A stretch of 64,000 bases of DNA from Ranitomeya imitator. Its lineage: Eukaryota. The notes under the pieces are model-generated. The model was not told where the DNA came from. It made no database searches and saw only the letters and a list, made by a program, of their open reading frames with translations. The stretch is taken from contig NC_091283.1 in the NCBI RefSeq assembly GCF_032444005.1, positions 43,028,001 through 43,092,000 on the forward strand, written 5' to 3'. This document shows, in pieces, positions 56,085 through 64,000 of this stretch (position 1 is its first letter; every line of letters starts with the position of its first letter). Made by a program: the position numbers and the translations under genes.

Positions 56085-57156
56085 CTGCAATACAGGAAAG
56101 CAGTGGTTAGATGCTAAAACATTTGTAAACATTCCACATGAATTTCTGCAATACCACATATAACCTGTGGACATGTGTGGCACTGTTTTATGGTTAAACT
56201 CCTTATAGGGGTTATCTGCTTTACAGAGGTCAATATCAACTACCCTATCAGAATATTGTAAAGTAATAGAGAGGATTCTCCTACTGAATACCTAAGTCTA
56301 TTAGTCAGTGAGGGAACACAGTGTCTGCAACTCTGGAGAAGCCTCATGTCCATGCATTACACGGACAGCTCATTGATTTTAATGGAAATTGTGTAATACT
56401 TGATTTCACCTGTGGAGGCACTGCAGGGAAAATAACCACAATACAGTTGTATTGTAGCTGTCGGGAGGTGAAACACACAGACAAATTTCCAGGAGAGAAG
56501 ACATACCTGGTTTATTACCATGTTTTCCTTCTTGCTCTCTGCATAAACAGCTCTGAAGCAGTGAATGCATATTAGAAAGCAGTAGCACTTACCGTGCTTC
56601 CTTCTCCACACCCAGTGAACATGTGCTCAATGGGTGTAGGGAGGGAACAGGAGTTTCTGAGTCCTAGGAAAGCACTGCTATGTAGCCAGGAGGTTGAAAT
56701 TCCTCTGTAACTAGAGCTAAGCTTCAGTTACAGGGGAAATTAGAAATAAAAAAAAAATTAATATATTAAAATGCCCCCATAGAAGTATTTTAAGATCTTA
56801 TTTGGGACACAGTGTGTAAAGTAAATAAATAAATCCAAATTATTTTTTTTACGTTTTATTTTTTTTTCATTTCATTTAATTTCATCATCTGAAAAAAAAA
56901 ATCATTAACATACTAAAAAAATAAACCTACACAAGTCTGGTCTCATTGAAGAATAATGTAACGCGGTCAATTTTACTGAACAATGAAAGACTTAAAACTG
57001 AAACCTAAAATAATGGCTGAATTCCATTTTTTTTTGCCATTTCATCAAACTTGTTTTTTTTTTTCTGTTTTCTTGGTACATTATATGGTATAGTGAATGG
57101 TGTCATACAAAACCAGTCAACGATAATATATAAAGTAACAAATACACAATGCAGAC

Positions 57157-57197
57157 CTCGTGGGAGCGCGGTCCATGGGCCACCCGGGTTTTGCAAA
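57157..57197 (-). CDS. itpk1: ITPK1-like exon
   Basis: (I)CKTRVAHGPRSHE, 41 nt. Confidence 0.93.
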
Positions 57198-57314
57198 CTG
57201 CGGGAGAAAGAACATTACATCATTATTATTATTGAATAGTGATAAATTGTAATGTTCCCCATATGCACGTCCTAATTTTCCACATGGAAGGAGATGTCCA
57301 GTTTTGAAAATCAG

Positions 57315-58800
57315 CTTTGATGACCCCACAGCCACCCACACACAGTATGATGACCACACATACCCCACCATTCAGTATAACGTCCTCACATGGTACAATG
57401 CCCCCACAGCCTCACACACAGTATGATGCTCCCACAGTAGAATTTCTCACACAGTATGATGCCCCCACAGCCACTCAAACACAGTATGATGCCCTCACAG
57501 CCACCCATACCCAGTATAAAGCCCATTACATTATATTCCTACTGACCTCCACACACAATATGATGCCCCTACATTCCGCACTCACCCCACAACCCCATAC
57601 GGTTTGATGCCTTCAAAATAACCATACACTATGAAGCACATAAAGTGCCCCCCTAAACATGATGCAGCTGCAGTGCCCCCATAAAGTATTATGCCTCCAC
57701 AGTGCCCCTACATACACTGATACCCTGCACAGTGCTCCCATACAGCAGGAAGCCCCCACAACCACAGTATGATGCCCAGACAGCTTAATAGCTTCCCACA
57801 CACAGAATGAGGTCACCACAGTAAAATCCCTCACCCACGGTATGATGCTCAACAGCCACCCACACACAGTAAGGTGCTGCCATGGTCCACTCACATACAA
57901 TAATGTCCTCCCTTACAGTATGACGAATCTACTTCCCCACACAGGAGTGTCATGATTCCACTTCTCTCACATACAGTATAATGGCATCCATAGCTCCCCC
58001 ACATGCAGTATGATGCCCCAGCTTCCCACACACAACGTGTCACGCACAGTGTAAGAAAGACTAATTGTAGCACGAAGATATAATGGGAAGGGATCCCATC
58101 ACTAGGGAAGGGGGAAGTGGAGACCCCTGGGCAGATCTAACGTCACCCTGTCTGCCCTAACGTCCCTATATAGGTTCTGCACCTATCGCTGAGCAGGATA
58201 TCTAAACCCTGCCTGACCCTGGTGATAAGCCCTGCATAGGGAAGGATAGGATGAGCACTAGACAATCCCCATCACAACTAAAGACAGATGAGATACACAA
58301 ACAAGGGGGAACACCTAGCTTGAGTAGACTCAGAGAGAAACACAGACGTCTGCCAAACACCAGAGAGGAAGATAGCCGACTGCTATAGCTCCAAGCCTCA
58401 ACAGGGAAATGGAAATGAAAATATCACTGGTAACTCCCAACAGCAAGCTGGAAGTTATAAACATCGCAGTCCAGGTGTGTAAACTAGAGCCGGGGGAAAG
58501 TTGCAACTGGGTCCTAGAGTCACAAGGACCAGGAAGAAGTCTGCAAAGCAAATTGCCGATAATTTCTGCAGTCACACCCGTGACAACATGATGCCTACAC
58601 AGTCCATCTATCCAGTATGATACCCCTCCCTACAGAAGCATGATATCCCTGCACATTATGATGCCCCCACAGTCATTCCACACACAGTATGATGCCCCCA
58701 CAGCTCTCCCCACACTCACAGTATGATGCCCTCTTAGGTCCCCACAGAATTATGATGCCTCCACAGTACTTTCCCCCCACACAGTCTGATACCCTCCACA
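57315..58800. repeat. Degenerate ~20-bp tandem repeat (cagtatgatgcccccaca), split by a solo LTR
   Basis: Repeated motif at 57315-58037 and 58586-58800. Confidence 0.75.
58038..58585. mobile_element. Probable solo LTR (548 bp)
   Basis: Perfect 7-bp inverted ends TGTCACG...CGTGACA interrupting a tandem repeat; TSD not clean. Confidence 0.65.
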
Positions 58801-61376
58801 GTATACACATGCAGCTCTTCTACATCAACGTATGCAGCTCTGCTACGCTACATCCAAACACGCAGCTCTGCTACATCAAAGCACATGCACACACCTTGTC
58901 TGTGTCCTACTCCTTGGCAACGCTGCCTAGTAACGTGAGCTGAGAATGTCACATGACCTACCGGTCCTGGCGGGGCCTACAATCTATATAAATGGAATGG
59001 TGGGCTCTGGTAGTTTATTGTTCCGCCATTATATTCTACTGTACAGGACACAAATATCTGAAGTCGGGACATACCCCTGATCTCCCGGGACGGAGAGGCA
59101 ACTCCTTAAACTTGGGACACTCCCACTAGAAGCAGGACAGGTGGGAGTTATGGTTTCACGTATCTGTTCTGTTTTGTTTTTGTTTTTTTCGAATAGAACA
59201 CATACCATTACATTCTACTAGCTACTGAACCCATTCTATGCCAAGAAGGCGAGCATTTTTATTGGTAAATGTATACAGTATCTTCATGGTATGTGCATGC
59301 GCTAACTGCAGCACCATTTTATTGAATTAATGCAATACAACATCAACATAGCAGGGGATAATGGTGACGTCCAGCGCGTGCTCACTGCTATGTTGATGTT
59401 GTTATACAATTCTTCAATAAAATGGCGCCGGAGTCAACGCTTGCGCATACCGCGATATCCGCGACCATTTTGATGAAGATACTGTGACTGCAAATCCACA
59501 AACGTAGTGTCTTCACTAGAATGGTGCCGTAGTGCGGAATGCACACGCTGACTCCGGCGCCACACTGCGCAGGCGCCACCCGTCCATCATCCACCGTTAT
59601 GTATTAGATGAGTATGTGCATATGGATTATTTTTTGTAAAAAAAAGAAAAAAAATGGAGAAATATCTGATCTTGACACAAATAGAAGTTTGTAAATGTCT
59701 GCTGTTACTGAATGTAGAAAGGGACACACGGACCGAATACAGAAAAAAAATAAATCCTTATGTTAACCAGTCTGATATGTAAAAAAAAAAAAAAAATGGA
59801 TGTCAGAATTAGGTCTTAAAGGTATTAATTAATGTATAATTAATTCTGTGTTGTTTCCAGCAATCATTAATATGAAGTCTGCGGATATAATGACCCTGAA
59901 TTGTGATGACTGTGTTATGTTGCTATCAGGATTTGTTTGACACGTGATGTGCAGATACACGTAGCTATCGACAGCAACGTCTCCAGGGAGTCTGTATACA
60001 AATATTTATAACAGTGCATACATGAAAAAAAACATACACCAAGATAAACTAAGTGCAGAGGTAGTAAAGCTAAGAACAATAATAGTATGGTGCAGTACAC
60101 GGATGGGTGACGCCAGCGGGAGGGTGCTCATACCTCACCCTGGACACAGGGACACACCTGGAGAACTTTGCACCCTCCGTCTGAATGACACAAATCTACA
60201 CTCAGTTTCCACACTGTACTAGAGATAATGAGTAATTAAACCAGGGAGGGGGCGGCCACCACCCTATGCCCACAGGTAAATACCACCCAACAGTCCTAAT
60301 CAGATCCTGGAACCATCCATGGACAGATGGGTAGGCACCTGGGGTTGGCAGGAGATGTCACCTCCGTCACAAGGGAGTTTTGTTTTATTATCTGATGTGA
60401 CCTTCCCTTGATAGATGTGTGGTTAACGTTTCCCTGTCTAGTTTGTAATAAACTTTTTGCTGCTGTTATCCTACATGGTGTGCCACCATAGGGGATGAGA
60501 AGGTATTGCTATTTTCTCAGTCTTTGCTTATGTCGTGGGGTCAGAGGAGGATTAGGCCACAGGAGTAGCCATCGTGTATTAGCCACACACCTTTGGCTCA
60601 TATCTGGCTTTTATCTGAAACCCTAAAAAAAAAAATTCAGTTGTATCCGCCGACTGACCCATTGACTTTCTTTGAAGCAGACGGAGTCACTTTGTGCTCT
60701 CTATGGCTTCCGTTTCTCCAGTCTGTGATGTTTTTCTGCCGATGGAGCCACTCACATGTGGCTAAAACGTGATGTGAACCCGGCCTTACAGACTTAAACT
60801 GCCAATAGGCATGTCCCTGTTTCATCGTTGCCAACAGTCACGAATTTGGAATTTGGTGGCACTGTCCTAACTATTTGGTTAAAATCCTGACAAATTTGGT
60901 AAGACTCTCACTCTTATTTTGGGGCAATTTTGGAGGCATTCTGGGTCACATTCTTTGGTGGAACTTAAATATCCATATATTGACAATGACAATATTGGTA
61001 AGTACGCAATCTACCATTGCCATCAACTACTTTGGCCTCATCTACGACCATCTTCTCCACTAGTGTCTCAAAAGCATGTGGCTTTCTTCATATCATAGAC
61101 TATGGGCGCCAGGAATGTCATGGTATTAGTAAACCTTGGTATTAGGATGAAAACTTTACTAGCCAATTTTACTTTTAATACTCAATGTGGTTCATCACCA
61201 AAATGGCTTGAGAGCTGAACTGGTTGAGCACCTTAAGTATGTGATGAAAGGGTTGAGGGCCTTTAGGATGTACTCCATGCTTTTTACTACATAGGCACAC
61301 AATTATCTATGTCCTAGCGCAAAACCCATCTACATGCAAAAACCAACCCCAGGTTTGATAAATTGAGTATTCTTAC

Positions 61377-61472
61377 TGATAGGAAAGGTGAGATGTTCTC
61401 TAACCAAAGCCACCATATCATTGCGTTTGAACATCAGCTCCACACATGGAGGGGAGAACACGGCACTGACGC
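61377..61472 (-). CDS. itpk1: ITPK1-like exon
   Basis: (G)VSAVFSPPCVELMFKRNDMVALVREHLTFPI, 96 nt. Confidence 0.88.
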
Positions 61473-62215
61473 CTACAGAAAACAGAAACATCATAAAGAC
61501 TTTCGTCAATACAAATTACATTGCCCATATTTGCATATCTGCCCTGGTACAACAACCTTCCTACTGGATTATGTAAACGAAATACTGGCTCCTCACAATA
61601 CTGATGTGACTTCATCAAAGGGCTTAAGAAACGGTCCAAAGGAAAGTTGATCACTGGGGGATTGGACACTGGCACCCCACTGATGCCCAGAATGGGGGTC
61701 CCAAAGTCCCCTATGTGAATGGAGCGATACTGAGCATGTTTGGCCACTGCTCCATTTACTGTCTACTGCTCTATTCACATACAGGACCTTTTACCCATAT
61801 TCTTTCCAACTTTAACCATAAAAGCTGTTTTCTACTATCCTCAAAAATTACTGGATTAAGCTAATTAATTCTAAAAAAAAGAGTATCTGTCCAAAATAGG
61901 ACCTACACAAGGTAAAATATATCCAGAAAAAAAACACATATTAGTCAATTACAAAAAAAAATTAATACGAAGTCCAAAAATGGACAGGAGACCATCTATC
62001 TGTATTGGCAAGAGACATGGTCACCACATGACCAAACAAGTGACCCAGGATCTACAAATGTCCTTCAAATCTCTTCTGCATAAGTTAGTTCCATAACATG
62101 GAGCAGCAGCTAATTCGAAACATCCCATGACCCCTATAATGTGTGTCTAAAAGGATGCTATCATGTCCTGACTGTGATATCTGGTATCACTGCCTTCCGT
62201 AACGATGTCTCTGAC

Positions 62216-62333
62216 CTTGCCTTTGGGTCTCCAAGCTTCGTAGAAGGTGATACGACTGGAATCGGTCAAGAAGTGTATGCAGAGCTGGGAGGGGGTCCAG
62301 AAGGATGGTAAAGGGATGAGTTTCCAGATAGAC
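62216..62333 (-). CDS. itpk1: ITPK1-like exon (most 5' exon found; earlier exons lie beyond the window)
   Basis: VYLETHPFTILLDPLPALHTLLDRFQSYHLLRSLETQRQ, 118 nt. Confidence 0.92.
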
Positions 62334-62404
62334 CTGTGAAATAGCAAAACAAATGCTACATATGCTACTACATAAACACCCTATAATATGTTCTACTATA
62401 CCAC

Positions 62405-63840
62405 TACTGCATTCAAAAATTCCCGGCCTATTGAAAATTCAGTTTATTAGTAAAATGTACAAACTTTTTACTGTCTGCAATCAATGAAGCAAACAAGAAC
62501 ACAGCTATAAAAACAAGTGATTTCTCCAAATTCAGCACAAAATACCAATTTTATTGTCTACCGCAGTCTCAGAATTATTCATCCCTTCATGACAAGTATG
62601 TTTAGAATTTAGTAGAGCCAAATTGGCTGTTATAACCTGCTGAAACATGATGAAAACCCAGATTTTCTATGGGGTTCAAGCAGTGGCGGACTAGAGTGAC
62701 AAGGGCCCACCAGAAGCATTGACTCTAGTGTCCCACCGTTCAGCTACATGAAAATATCACATTACCCTCATTCACAAAATTATCTATATTCCTGCATAAC
62801 AACAGATGAGGTAGTTTGTTAAATGAATGTGGAGATGATGCCCTTGTCTGAACATAGTGAAACAAATGTATTGTGCCAACTACTTCTCATGTAGGTGGAG
62901 TAGAGAGCTCATCCTTGCATGGGGGCCTACCAGAGGATTCTACTGTTCTCCTGTGGGCCAGTCCGAGCCTGAGTTCAAGTCAGATGACTGTGATGGCCAC
63001 TCCAGAATCTTCAAGGATTTCTTCTTCAACCAAGCCTTGGTGGACTTGAAGGTTTGCTGGTGATCAATGTCCTGTAAGAAGGTGTTTGGTCTCGCTACAG
63101 ATATTAGAATTTCCTGATGCACTCGTCTTGCCATCCACTCACTTCAGATTTCAAGTATCAGAAGAAACATCAGAGCATCACCGACTCACGGTTATGTTTC
63201 ACTGTAGATATCACCAAGCCCCAGCCATGCCTCACTGTAGGGCAAATGCAAATGCTTCACTGTAGACATCATTGATCCACTGCCATGCTTTACTGTAGGC
63301 AAGCATCACCAAGCAACCACCATGCTTCACTGTAGGCATCACCGAAAATCTATCAAGCTTCACTGTAGGAAGAATGTTTTCCATCTTCAGACATACTGCT
63401 GATCCATAGCCCCAAAAAGTTAAAGTTTGGTCTCATCATTCTAATCCCCAAATTTCTGTGGCTTTTTTATTGGTCTTGAGCTTTTTGGAGACAACATTTT
63501 ATGTGCTTTTGGGTCAGTAGAGGTTTATTTTTTGGAGTTTGGGCATGGAGACCTCCAGAATTTAGTATACAACTCACTATGCAAACTGAAGCCTCTGCTG
63601 TCACCAAATCTTGCTGTAGGTTATTTTACAGTAACTTGTGTCCACCTGCCTTCTCAGGAATCTGGTGAGAATCGGTGAAAACTTCCTCTTTCCGCCATGT
63701 CAAGATAGTGTAGCCAGTGTTCCTGTAACTTTGAACTCGTGAACTCTGCTTCCTGCTATAGGTAACATTCAATGCTTTGTATCTTATCTTTCCTTTTGTG
63801 CAATGATCTTCTCGTAACTTTTCGGACCACTCTCTTGACA
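62405..63840 (-). mobile_element. Old degenerate Tc1 element (boundaries approximate)
   Basis: Minus-strand remnants NDETKL, repeated cctacagtgaagcatgg (PTVKHG), LEWPSQSSDLN|PIENL. Confidence 0.75.
62681..62971. mobile_element. Short hAT-like MITE inserted in the Tc1
   Basis: cagtggcggact ... agtccgagcctg termini; 8-bp duplication ggttcaag / agttcaag (62673-62680, 62972-62979). Confidence 0.78.
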
Positions 63841-64000
63841 ACTAAAAAATATTAGTCACCTGGAGGCCATTGCCCATGAAGAACCGGCTAAGATTCATCA
63901 GGAACGCTGCTAGAAGCAGGTGTCTGGTTATCCATCCCATTTGGAGCAGGTCACAACAGCCAGATGGGCTCTATTAAATTTGAAAGACGCTTCTCAGGAT

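Noticed and set aside
56400-56640. Exon-like AG/GT segments in the itpk1-like intron
   Set aside because: Flanking exons already join in frame; the 46-nt candidate would frameshift and has no ITPK1 similarity.
61600-61740. Candidate itpk1-like exon
   Set aside because: Resembles the MITE sequence near 55140; the true exon is 61377-61472.
63855-64000. Minus-strand MNLSR... with a donor, as an upstream itpk1 exon
   Set aside because: Only four residues match, and the IIHKLTD-type motif is absent.

Overview
Vertebrate genomic DNA, most likely a frog (inferred from the TE complement and minisatellite types). There are two N-gaps (7195-7348, 15876-16208). Four host genes were reconstructed by hand from splice sites and reading frames. 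(1) mrps12 (-): last coding exon only. (2) sars2 (+): complete, 16 exons, 505 aa, head-to-head with mrps12 across a CCAAT-box-rich bidirectional promoter. (3) A 6-exon secreted Glu-rich granin (+, 356 aa) at the position of CCER2, with chromogranin-A-like exon sizes and motifs. (4) The 3' seven exons of an ITPK1-like kinase (-), convergent on the granin and mirroring the CHGA-ITPK1 pair. The rest is Tc1, hAT, Helitron, MITE, CR1/L2/SINE, solo LTRs and minisatellites. The standout feature is a ~7.9-copy, nearly invariant 384-bp tandem array at 26777-29805. Each unit carries a type-I hammerhead ribozyme on the minus strand and what looks like a complete snRNA-type promoter (SPH + GC box + octamer + PSE-like element) aimed at it. 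The whole array sits between one target-site duplication. It looks like a young retrozyme / newt-satellite-2-like element in a frog. No database searches or folding programs were run, so all family names rest on motifs read from the sequence and recalled family knowledge.
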